DNA from: Candidatus Eiseniibacteriota bacterium
GTDB lineage: Bacteria > ARS69
Assembly: GCA_052390515.1 (NCBI GenBank)
Contig: JBQTGV010000187.1
Location: 1-35,264 of the forward strand
Reading direction: 5' to 3'
DNA length: 35,264 bases
In this document: positions 27,306 to 35,264 of the stretch, piece after piece
How the letters are laid out: each line of letters starts with the position of its first letter
Numbering within the stretch: the stretch's first letter is position 1
Program-made: the position numbers and the translations under genes
The notes under the pieces: generated by a model
Databases searched by the model: none
What the model saw: the letters and a program-made list of their open reading frames with translations, nothing else
Told to the model about the DNA's origin: nothing

Positions 27306-28435
27306 GCGCGCTCGGCCCGGCCACTGCGGAGGAGCGCGAGGCGCTGGTCCGCCTCCGCCGCGACTTCCATCGCCATCCGGAGCTCGGCTTCCAGGAGCGG
27401 CGCACCGCGTCCATCGTGGCCGGCCGCGTACGCGAGCTCGGCTACGAGGTCCGCGAACGTATCGCCGAGACCGGCGTGCTGGCCACGCGCGGTGCAGGCC
27501 GGACGCTGCTGGTCCGCTCGGACATGGACGCGCTGCCCATCCTGGAACAGAACGACGTCGAGTACAAGAGCCGCGAGGACGGCGTCATGCACGCCTGCGG
27601 CCACGACGGGCACATGGCGATCGCGCTGACAGCGGCGTCGCGCTTCGCCCTGGCCCGGCTTCCGGGACGGATCCGCTTCGCCTTCCAGCCGGCCGAGGAG
27701 ATCGGGCAGGGCGCCGACCGCATGATCGAGGAGGGCGCGCTGGAGGGAGTGGATGCGGCCGTCGGGTTGCACCTGTGGAACTGGATCCCGCGCGGCAAGG
27801 TCGCGGTGACGGTGGGGCCGGTGATGGCAGCCTCCGACGAGTTCGTCATCGACGTGATCGGGCGCGGCGGCCACGCCGGGAAGCCGCACCTCACCGACGA
27901 TCCGGTGGTGAAGGCGGCCGGAGTCGTGCTGGAGCTGCAGTCCATCGCCAGCCGCTTCGTGGACCCGCTGCAGCCCGTCGTGGTGAGCGTGACCAAGATG
28001 GAGGGGGGGACCGCCTTCAACGTGATCCCCGATCGGGTGCGGCTCGCCGGCACGATCCGCACGTTCGACGAGTCGGTGCGGGAGGGCGTGCACCGCCGCA
28101 TCCGCGAGATCGTGGGCGAGAAGGGACGCGTGGACATCAAGCGCACGACCATGGCTCTGGTCAACGACGCGAGGGTCGCCGGCCTGGTGCGGGAGGCGGC
28201 GGCGGCCGTGGTGGGAGAGGCGAACGTGATCCACGACGCTCGCACGACGACGTCGGAGGACTTCGCCTCCTTCGCGGCGAAGGTGCCGTCGTGCTTCTTC
28301 CACGTGGGGTCGGCGGGCGAGGACGCCGCGCCGCATCATCATCCGCGCTTCGACATCGACGAGAGCGCGATGGCTCTCGGACTGGAGATCCTGTGCGGCG
28401 CCGCGCAGCGCTTCCTGGAGCGTGGCATCCGGTGA
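27302..28435 (+). CDS. M20D-family amidohydrolase
   Basis: RRDFHRHPELGFQE, RSDMDALPI, MHACGHDGH, FQPAEE, GGH, SEDF, HHPRFDIDE. Confidence 0.95.
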   Translation: MSALGPATAEEREALVRLRRDFHRHPELGFQERRTASIVAGRVRELGYEVRERIAETGVLATRGAGRTLLVRSDMDALPILEQNDVEYKSREDGVMHACGHDGHMAIALTAASRFALARLPGRIRFAFQPAEEIGQGADRMIEEGALEGVDAAVGLHLWNWIPRGKVAVTVGPVMAASDEFVIDVIGRGGHAGKPHLTDDPVVKAAGVVLELQSIASRFVDPLQPVVVSVTKMEGGTAFNVIPDRVRLAGTIRTFDESVREGVHRRIREIVGEKGRVDIKRTTMALVNDARVAGLVREAAAAVVGEANVIHDARTTTSEDFASFAAKVPSCFFHVGSAGEDAAPHHHPRFDIDESAMALGLEILCGAAQRFLERGIR

Positions 28436-28941
28436 GGGCCAAGCACTGCGTGCGCTGCGGCGCGGTGCTGGAAGGTTCGCCGCCGACCTGCCCGGTGTGC
28501 AGTCACGTCCATTACCTCGAGCCGAAGCTCGCGGCCTGCGTGATCTTCCGCTCGGAGGGCGGCGTGTTCCTGCTGCGGCGTGCCATCGAGCCGGGTTACG
28601 GGCGCTGGACCTTCCCCGGCGGATACGTGGACCGCGGCGAGACCGTGGAGGCGGCGGCGGTGCGCGAGGCGCGGGAGGAAGCGGGTGTCGGGGTGCAGCT
28701 CGTGGACCTGCTCGGCGTGTACAGCTACCGCGGGCAGGAAGCGGTCATCCTGGTGTATCGCGGCGACGTGGTCGACGGCGAGCCGCGGGCGCTGTCCGAG
28801 AGTCTGGAGGCGCGCACATTCGACGACGGCGAGATCCCCTGGGATGAGCTCGCGTTCCACAGTACGCACGAGGCGCTCCGGGACTACCTGGCCGCCGGGC
28901 GGGGCGAAGGAAGGGTCGGACTCTCCCGCAACATCCGCTGA
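28432..28941 (+). CDS. Nudix hydrolase with N-terminal zinc ribbon (169 aa)
   Basis: GTG overlap; CVRC...CPVC; Nudix box GGYVDRGETVEAAAVREAREEAGV; IPWDELAF. Confidence 0.92.
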   Translation: MRAKHCVRCGAVLEGSPPTCPVCSHVHYLEPKLAACVIFRSEGGVFLLRRAIEPGYGRWTFPGGYVDRGETVEAAAVREAREEAGVGVQLVDLLGVYSYRGQEAVILVYRGDVVDGEPRALSESLEARTFDDGEIPWDELAFHSTHEALRDYLAAGRGEGRVGLSRNIR

Positions 28942-28977
28942 GGCGCGCCGGCCGGTCCGGCCGGGCGGCAGTGCGCC
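28942..28977. terminator. GC-rich hairpin between convergent genes
   Basis: CCGGCCG-GTC-CGGCCGG (28948-64) inside an outer GGCGCG/TGCGCC stem; no U-tract. Confidence 0.3.
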
Positions 28978-28981
28978 GCGT

Positions 28982-30268
28982 TCACCTGAGGAGCAGGAGC
29001 GGGGCGGTTCGCACCGCGCCGCCGGCGGCCACGCGCACGAAGAACACCCCGCTCGGCAGCGCCGCGCCGCGGTCGTCACGGCCGTCCCAAGTCAGAAAGT
29101 GTGTGCCCGCGGCGAGCCGGCTCTCCACCAGCGTGCGCACGCGACGCCCCGCGACGTCGTGCACGTCCACGCGGAGCGCGGCGGGATGCGGCAGCGCGAA
29201 ACGGATCTCGGTGCTCTCGCGGAAGGGGTTGGGAGCGCCGCGAACCTCCGGGTCCGCCCCCGCGAAGGGTGGAGATCCGACCGTGTTCTGGTGGAAGTAG
29301 TACGGCCCGAGGTCGGCCACGGTCCCGTCGGGGTCGGGCGGGAGCGACGGGTCTCCCGCGTCGACGGCGGGGCTGCCCGCGGTCAGGGCGTAGTCGCCGC
29401 CGTCCGGGTCGGCCAGCAGCGGATCTCCGTCGACGTTCCCGTAGACGCCGTCGATGGTGCTGACGTCGTTCGCGACCGTGCCGCTGACGTCGCCCCCGCC
29501 GGCAGTCCACAAGAGGGCGGCCACCTGGTTCGCGAAGAAGAGGTTGTGGTGGATCTGCGCTCCGGAAGTCGAGAGCGCGCAGATCCCGCGGCCCCGCGCG
29601 GGCGGACCGGGGACTCCGTTCTGCAGGAAGATGTTGTGCCGGATCACCGGAATGGCCGTCCCCGCCGTCAACAGACCGTTCCCGTCGGTGCGGCCGATCA
29701 AGTTGTGCTCGAAGATTCCGGTCGACGTGCCCTCGAGGATCACGCCATGCGGGTCGTTACCGTCCGCCAGGTTGCCGTCGAAGTTTTGCCAGATCACGTT
29801 GTGGTGGATCCAGGCGGCCGACGAGTTGTTCGCGCGCATGCCGGCTCCGCGGCCGGTGGCCGAGTTCCCGACGACGAGGTTGTTCCGGACCTCGGGGGTG
29901 CCGTTCCTCACCCAGATGCCGCCGCCGTTCGCCGCTGCGCCGCCGGTGACGGTGAAGCCGCTGATCTCGCCCCCGGCGCCGACCACGTTGAACTCCAGCA
30001 CGCCGGCGGTGCTCTCCGCGTCCAGGACCGAGAGTCCCACGCCCGCGCCGAGCAGGCGGACCCCGGCGTCGCCGATCACGAGGGGGAAGCTCTCGCCGTT
30101 CGACGAGGGGCTGTAGGTTCCCGCCGCAACCGCGACTGTGTCGCCGGGCGCGGCTGCCCCCAGGGCGGCGGTCACGGTGGCAAAGCTGCCGGGGACGTCG
30201 TGGACCGCTGCGTCGGCGGCGGCCGCCATCGGAAGCAGTGTGAACATCCAGGTGCGGAGCCTCGTCAT
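28982..30268 (-). CDS. Secreted right-handed beta-helix protein (DUF1565-like) with C-terminal FlgD-Ig/T9SS-type domain (428 aa)
   Basis: GAGGAGG before ATG 30268; signal peptide; VPGSFATV..PGDTVAVAAGTY..GESFPL; Asn-ladder repeats; LTAGSPAVDAGD..DLG; PNPF..DVAGRRV..WDGRDDRG..SGVF. Confidence 0.85.
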   Translation of the reverse strand: MTRLRTWMFTLLPMAAAADAAVHDVPGSFATVTAALGAAAPGDTVAVAAGTYSPSSNGESFPLVIGDAGVRLLGAGVGLSVLDAESTAGVLEFNVVGAGGEISGFTVTGGAAANGGGIWVRNGTPEVRNNLVVGNSATGRGAGMRANNSSAAWIHHNVIWQNFDGNLADGNDPHGVILEGTSTGIFEHNLIGRTDGNGLLTAGTAIPVIRHNIFLQNGVPGPPARGRGICALSTSGAQIHHNLFFANQVAALLWTAGGGDVSGTVANDVSTIDGVYGNVDGDPLLADPDGGDYALTAGSPAVDAGDPSLPPDPDGTVADLGPYYFHQNTVGSPPFAGADPEVRGAPNPFRESTEIRFALPHPAALRVDVHDVAGRRVRTLVESRLAAGTHFLTWDGRDDRGAALPSGVFFVRVAAGGAVRTAPLLLLR

Positions 30269-30348
30269 CGTGACCTCCTCGGTCGACCTGGGCATACTAC
30301 AACATCGAGGGGAGTACACCCCGCCTGCCGGGTTGTGACCGATCGACA

Positions 30349-32781
30349 CTACGCGTGCGCGCCGAAGTCCCTCATGAGGTTCGCCAGGAGGCGGAGCCTG
30401 GCATCCACGCGGCCGTTGACCGTGTTCAGGGGGTAGCGCTTCCCGCGCCGCTCGCCCGCCGCCACGCCGGTCAGGATCTCGATGCCCCGGTCGATCGTCG
30501 CCACGGCGTAGATGTGGAACCGGCGCTCCCGGACCGCGTCGATGATCCGCTGATGCAGCATGAGCTCGGCGAGGTTCGACTCCGGGATCAGCACTCCTTG
30601 CGTGCCGGTGAGCCCCTTCACCATGCAGATGTCGAAGAACCCTTCAACCTTCTCGTTCACGCCGCCGATGGGCTGCACCTCGCCGACCTGGTTCATCGAT
30701 CCCGTCACCGCCAGGTCCTGGCGAAGCGGGATGCCGGCCAGCGCCGAGAGTATGGCGTAGATCTCGGTCGTGGAGGCGCTGTCCCCGTCGATGCCGTGGT
30801 AGGACTGCTCGAAGCAGATCGACGCGGAGAGGGTGAGCGGCTTCTCCTGCGCGTACTTGGAGCGCAGGTATCCGGAGAGGATCTGCACGCCCTTGTCGTG
30901 GATGCGCCCGGAGAGCTCCGCCTCCCGCTCGATGTTGATCACCCCCGCGTTCCCGAGGCTCACCGTGGCCGTGATCTTCGAGGGCAGTCCGAACCCGAAC
31001 TCGCCGGAGTCGTACACGGCGAGCCCGTTGACCTCGCCGACCTTCCTGCCGGCGACGTCGATGAACACCGTGCCCTCCTCGATCATCTGCTGCATCTTCT
31101 CCTGCGCGAGGTTGTTGCGGTAGTCCTTCTCCTGCAGCGCGCGGTCCACGTCCTGCCGGCGAACCTGCGCCGAGCCCTCCTTCTTCGCGAAGTGGCTGGC
31201 CTCGCGCACCAGGTCGGCGATCTGGTGGAAGCGCGTCGAGAGCTTGTCCTGCCTGCCGGCCAGGCGCGCACCGTGCTCGGCCATCGCCGCGAGACCGGTG
31301 CGGTCGAAGGGCAGCGTGCCCTCCTCCTCCGCCAGCCGCTGCGCGAACGCGCCGTACTGCAGGACGTTCTCCTTCGCGTTGGCGATCTCGGTGTCGAAGT
31401 CCGCACGGATCTTGAAGATCTTCTTGAAATCGTCGTCGTAGGCCCAGAGCAACGAGTAGAGGTGCGCGTCCCCGATGAGCACGACCTTCACCGACACCGA
31501 GACCGGCTCCGGCTTGAGCGCGGGAGGGCCGAGGACGGACATGCCCTCGGAGGGTATCTCCAGACGGCCGGTGCGAAGGGTGCGTTTCAGCGTGTGCCAG
31601 ACGAAGCCCGGTTCGCCGAAAAGATCCCCCGCGTTCAGCACCAGGTAGCCCCCGTTCGCGGCGTGCAGGCTTCCCGCGCGGATGCGCGTATGGTCGACGG
31701 TCTCCTCGCCGTCCTTCGACCAGGTCCGTTCGATGATCCCGAAGAGACGCGAGGCGGTCGGCGAGTTCTCGACGATCACCGGCGCCGCCGTCGTGTCGTG
31801 ATTGTCCACGACCAGGTTGACCCGGAACTCGAGGTCCACTTCGCTCTCGCCACGGTCACCGTTGTCCTCGCTGTCTTCCTGCCGCGAGAAGCGGGAGAGG
31901 TGGTCGAGCACGAACGTCTCGGCACGGCCGAGATACACGAGCGCGGGTGGGCGCCCGGAGAACTCCTCGCGGACGGAGTCGAAGCACGCGGCCACGATGG
32001 GGCGGACCGCCTGCTTCTCGTGCTCGGAGAGCTCGGCATTCATCTCACCGTCGATCTTCATGGTCTCACGCACCACGTGCTCGAGCTCGGACGTGAGGGT
32101 GCCCAGCTTCTGGCGGATCTTCTCCAGCCGCTTCTTGTCGAACTCGCCCTTGGCGGCCGCCTCCTCCAGGTCGGGGAGGAGCTTCGGCTCCCCGTCCGCC
32201 ATCGGGACGACCTGCGGCGTGGGCACGGGCCCGAGCTGGACCTGCACCAGGGCGAAGCCGTCCTTCTGCACCCGCTTGTCGAAGCGCGCGATGATGCCGC
32301 GTTGGGAGGAGCGGAAGCGGGCGATGATCTGCTCGCGGTGCTTGCGGTACGGCTCGCCCTCCAGCACCTGCGGGACCTCTCGGCGAAGCGTGCGCAGCAG
32401 CTTGCGCATGGCCTCGACGAGCCGGCGGCCCTTGCCGCGCGGGAGGAACAGAGCGACGGGCTCCTCCGGCTTGCCGAAGCCGTACACGTAGCAGAGGTCG
32501 TCGGGCGTGCCCTTGCCGGCGTCCGCGGCCTGCAGGACCTGGCGGATGGTCGTGTTGCGGCCGGTGCCGACGAAGCCGGCGACGAACAGGTTGTATCCGG
32601 GCGAGTCCATCTCCAGCCCGAGCGCGATGGCCCGGAGCGCGCGATCCTGCCCGATGATCCGCCGGCTCGCCTCGAGCTCCGCCGTGCTCTCGAAGTCGAA
32701 CGAGGCGGGGTCACAGGTCCAGCGCAAGGCCTCCGGCTGGAGCGAGACCGGGGCCGCCGCGGGGAAGAGCTCTTCGGTCAT
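30349..32781 (-). CDS. Lon-family protease, LonC/YcbZ type (810 aa)
   Basis: ATG 32781 overlaps the S9 stop. IIGQDRA, GYNLFVAG, GSLHAANGGYLVL, LKPEP, VGEVNGL, FEQSY..IDGDSAS (catalytic Ser), AVTGS, IGGVNEK (catalytic Lys). Walker A is degenerate (GFVGTGRNT). Confidence 0.93.
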   Translation of the reverse strand: MTEELFPAAAPVSLQPEALRWTCDPASFDFESTAELEASRRIIGQDRALRAIALGLEMDSPGYNLFVAGFVGTGRNTTIRQVLQAADAGKGTPDDLCYVYGFGKPEEPVALFLPRGKGRRLVEAMRKLLRTLRREVPQVLEGEPYRKHREQIIARFRSSQRGIIARFDKRVQKDGFALVQVQLGPVPTPQVVPMADGEPKLLPDLEEAAAKGEFDKKRLEKIRQKLGTLTSELEHVVRETMKIDGEMNAELSEHEKQAVRPIVAACFDSVREEFSGRPPALVYLGRAETFVLDHLSRFSRQEDSEDNGDRGESEVDLEFRVNLVVDNHDTTAAPVIVENSPTASRLFGIIERTWSKDGEETVDHTRIRAGSLHAANGGYLVLNAGDLFGEPGFVWHTLKRTLRTGRLEIPSEGMSVLGPPALKPEPVSVSVKVVLIGDAHLYSLLWAYDDDFKKIFKIRADFDTEIANAKENVLQYGAFAQRLAEEEGTLPFDRTGLAAMAEHGARLAGRQDKLSTRFHQIADLVREASHFAKKEGSAQVRRQDVDRALQEKDYRNNLAQEKMQQMIEEGTVFIDVAGRKVGEVNGLAVYDSGEFGFGLPSKITATVSLGNAGVINIEREAELSGRIHDKGVQILSGYLRSKYAQEKPLTLSASICFEQSYHGIDGDSASTTEIYAILSALAGIPLRQDLAVTGSMNQVGEVQPIGGVNEKVEGFFDICMVKGLTGTQGVLIPESNLAELMLHQRIIDAVRERRFHIYAVATIDRGIEILTGVAAGERRGKRYPLNTVNGRVDARLRLLANLMRDFGAHA

Positions 32782-35249
32782 TCCTGCTCCTCGGTCCGGG
32801 TTGCCCAGGTGAGCGAAACGGGCGGCATCCCGAACGCGGCAAGCCGGCCGGACGCGGGCAGCGCCGCCGGATCGAAGGCGGCACGGAACGTCCAGGACGC
32901 GTCCCCCGACTCCGGAGACCCGCGAAGCTCGACCGTCTGCCGGCCCGTCACCAGGTGCTCTCCACCCGGCCACTCTACCGGGATCCCGAGAGGAGGGAAG
33001 CGCCGCCCGGCGGCATCCACCAGCGCGATCTCGGCCCCCTCGCCGCAGAGGGTCACGATCCGGCCGTCCACGGGCTCCTCGGCCGAGAGCACGAGATCGA
33101 CGACGAGCAGCCCCGCGTCCGGCTGCACCGCGCCGATCCCCGCCTGCCAGCGAGCGGACGTGACGACGAGCGTCCAGGGACCGTCCCGGACGGGATCGCC
33201 CGCGCGCGCGGGAATCTCCGCGCCGGGCGTGACGAGCCAGCGGTCGAACCAAGCCATCATGCGCTCGCGGGCGTCGAGCCAGTGGGTCGGCTCCTCGAAG
33301 GCGTGGCCCTCCCGCGGATAGGTGACCAGCTCGGCCGGCACGCCGCGCGCGCGGAGCGAGGAGTACAGCTCCCTGCTGTTCGCGGGGGCGGTGTTGGTGT
33401 CGTCCTCGCCGTGCAGCAGGAGGAGCGGCGTCTTCGCCTCGGAGACCCGCGAGAGAGGCGAGAGGCTCCAGTACGCGTCGAAGTCCTCCCAGAAGTAGGC
33501 GTGGAAGTAGTCCCACTCGAATTCGGAGAGCTCGGAGTTGGCGAAGTCGGTGACGAAGCTGGCGATGCCCGAGCGGGACACGCCGGCGGCGAAGCGGCTT
33601 GTGCCGACGACGGCGCGGTTCGTCAGGAAGCCGCCGTACGAGGCGCCGGTGATGCCGAGGCGGGCGGGATCGGCGATGCCCTGATCGACCAGCCAGTCGA
33701 CGCCGGCCATCACGTCGGCGAAGTCCGCGCCGCCGAGATCCCGGAAGTTGGCGACGTTGAACGCCGCGCCGTATCCGGTGCTGCCGCGGAAGTTGGGGGC
33801 GAGAGCGGCGTACCCGCGCGCGGCGATCGCCTCGAGCTGCTCGTCGGCGAGCGTGTTGACCGCGTGGTCGGCGGGCCCGCCGTGCCCCACGACGACGGCA
33901 GGAAGCGGTCGCCTCGCCTCCCAGTCCGGCGGCAGCACGAGAACTCCCTCGACGTCGAGCCCGTCGGGCGCGGCCCAGCGCACGATGCGGCGCACCGCGT
34001 CGACCTTCGCCGTGAGCGCCGCGTTGGTCCGCGTGCGCACCTCGATGCGCTCGTCGGGGAAAGTCCACGTGGCGATTTCGGGTCCCGCCGTCGGGCTCTC
34101 GTACACGAACGCGGCGAGTTCGCCGTTGCGCTTGACCGCGAGACCGCTGGCTCTGCCTGGCTCGGCGGAGAGACGCTCGGCGCGCCGGCTGGCGCCGACG
34201 AGGCGCCAGAGCTGCTCGTTGGTGCCGTCCGCGACCGTCAGGTAGATCCGGTCGGAGTCCTCGCAGGTGACCAGCTCGATCACGTCGCGGTCGAGGGCGT
34301 CGGACCCCAGCGTGATCTCGCCGCCCGCGGAAGGGATCGACCACACCGCGATCTGCGAGTACGAGCGCGTCGTGTCGATGCAGGAGAGGAAGAACACGCG
34401 CGAGCCGTCGCCCGACCAGCGCGGGGACCAGTCGTCGCCGAGGCGCTCGGTGAGCCGCGTGAGGCGGCCGGAGTCGACGTCGACGGCCCAGAGATCCGCC
34501 TTCTTCCAGTCCTTGGGATGCCCGGTGCCGTTCGAAGCGAAGGCAATGCGCTTCCCGTCGAAGGACAGGGCGAACTCGGTGACTCCGGGGTCGGCGCGGT
34601 GCACGCGACGCGCTTCGCCCCCTTCCGGACCGATCCGCCAGAAGGACCAGTCGCGGCGGGTCTCGTCGACGACTTGCTCGTCGAAGCCGGCGGCCGCGCG
34701 GGCGTCCCGCTGCGCGGCGATGCCGGGGACGTGCGGCTCCTGGGCCAGGTACACGAGCGATCCGTCCGGCGCCCATGCATACTGATCGACGCCTTCCGGC
34801 GCGTCGGTGCGTGCCTCGGCCTCGCCGCCGTCGAGCGGCAGGACCCAGACCTGGACGGCGGCGCTCTCCCCGCGGGCGGAGAGGAAGGAGACGGCGCGGC
34901 CGTCGGGCGTGAAGCGTGGGGAGGACGCGTCCTCGCCGGCGCTCGTCAGCGGTCGCGCGTCGGGCGGCTCGACTTCGCCACCGACGCCGAGGAGGCTGCC
35001 GATGCGCTCGCGGATGCGCGGGCCGCCGGGATCGAAGTACCAGATGCGGGTGCGCTGCTCGTTCGCCTCGAAGTCGGCCTGCGTGCCGGTGAAGACGATC
35101 CGCCGGCCATCCGGATCGAGCGCGACCTCGGAGAGCGCGACCATCTCAGCGAGATCACGGAAATCGACGGCTGCGCGCGCCCGCAGCGTAGCACAGGCGA
35201 ACACCAACGCGGCGGACAGCCCGACGCTGCGAGCGGGGCCAACGACCAT
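32778..35249 (-). CDS. S9 (prolyl oligopeptidase/acylaminoacyl peptidase) family peptidase with beta-propeller and an extra C-terminal domain
   Basis: Signal-like N-terminus; PD40-type repeats; HGGP, NFRGSTGYG, GASYGG (Ser), HGEDD (Asp), YPREGH (His). The start is uncertain (ATG 35249, or further upstream at or beyond the window edge). Confidence 0.92.
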   Translation of the reverse strand: MVVGPARSVGLSAALVFACATLRARAAVDFRDLAEMVALSEVALDPDGRRIVFTGTQADFEANEQRTRIWYFDPGGPRIRERIGSLLGVGGEVEPPDARPLTSAGEDASSPRFTPDGRAVSFLSARGESAAVQVWVLPLDGGEAEARTDAPEGVDQYAWAPDGSLVYLAQEPHVPGIAAQRDARAAAGFDEQVVDETRRDWSFWRIGPEGGEARRVHRADPGVTEFALSFDGKRIAFASNGTGHPKDWKKADLWAVDVDSGRLTRLTERLGDDWSPRWSGDGSRVFFLSCIDTTRSYSQIAVWSIPSAGGEITLGSDALDRDVIELVTCEDSDRIYLTVADGTNEQLWRLVGASRRAERLSAEPGRASGLAVKRNGELAAFVYESPTAGPEIATWTFPDERIEVRTRTNAALTAKVDAVRRIVRWAAPDGLDVEGVLVLPPDWEARRPLPAVVVGHGGPADHAVNTLADEQLEAIAARGYAALAPNFRGSTGYGAAFNVANFRDLGGADFADVMAGVDWLVDQGIADPARLGITGASYGGFLTNRAVVGTSRFAAGVSRSGIASFVTDFANSELSEFEWDYFHAYFWEDFDAYWSLSPLSRVSEAKTPLLLLHGEDDTNTAPANSRELYSSLRARGVPAELVTYPREGHAFEEPTHWLDARERMMAWFDRWLVTPGAEIPARAGDPVRDGPWTLVVTSARWQAGIGAVQPDAGLLVVDLVLSAEEPVDGRIVTLCGEGAEIALVDAAGRRFPPLGIPVEWPGGEHLVTGRQTVELRGSPESGDASWTFRAAFDPAALPASGRLAAFGMPPVSLTWATRTEEQE

Positions 35250-35264
35250 CGCTCCCACCCACAA

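Noticed and set aside
30355..33321. Long antisense ORFs (988 aa here; also 5079..7580, 15327..17597, 10179..11957)
   Set aside because: These are the stop-poor antisense frames expected with high GC3 bias, and they carry no motifs.
32782..34776. 1475-aa ORF suggesting a giant Lon fusion
   Set aside because: The upstream part is an alternative frame of the S9 gene. Lon starts at ATG 32781 with an RBS (GGAGCAGGA) and a stop/start overlap.
1..35264. Mobile elements, prophage, defence systems, CRISPR arrays, tRNA/rRNA
   Set aside because: No integrase, transposase, nuclease or toxin motifs, no spaced repeats and no evident compositional shift. Intergenic gaps are short and explained by promoters. 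The XPB pair looks chromosomal rather than part of a defence island.

Overview
A very GC-rich (roughly 70% by eye), gene-dense bacterial chromosomal segment with 28 supportable coding regions, one of them a probable pseudogene. I found no mobile element, CRISPR array, tRNA or rRNA. From left to right it holds: thiH (5'-truncated by the window) and thiS; a 71-aa hyperacidic ORF; signal peptidase I; an aldo/keto reductase followed by a GT2 glycosyltransferase cut off mid-domain; a convergent pair of fused E1 alpha/beta 2-oxoacid dehydrogenase and an exported TPR protein with a CBM48-like tail; an outer-membrane beta-barrel; a small TPR protein; an M29 aminopeptidase; a secreted HEXXH protein with a FlgD-Ig/T9SS-like C-terminal domain; an M3 peptidase; an EamA transporter; and a PcRGLX/YetA-like protein. 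An apparently translationally coupled 10-gene run follows: XPB helicase, XPB-associated protein, BMP-type nucleoside ABC transporter (4 genes), tandem-domain PTPS/QueD, YgfZ-like protein, M20D amidohydrolase and Zn-ribbon Nudix. The window ends with a secreted beta-helix protein with a FlgD-Ig tail, a LonC-type protease and an S9 peptidase with an extra C-terminal domain. High GC, an outer-membrane barrel and FlgD-Ig tails suggest an FCB-related diderm such as Gemmatimonadota, Eisenbacteria or Latescibacterota (inference). The region is mostly housekeeping. The best candidates for something under-described are the XPB plus p52-like partner pair with a palindrome-flanked promoter, the possible pterin/folate/nucleoside salvage module coupled to it, the hyperacidic mini-protein and the TPR-CBM48 protein. 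All family calls come from motif recognition by eye; no searches were run.
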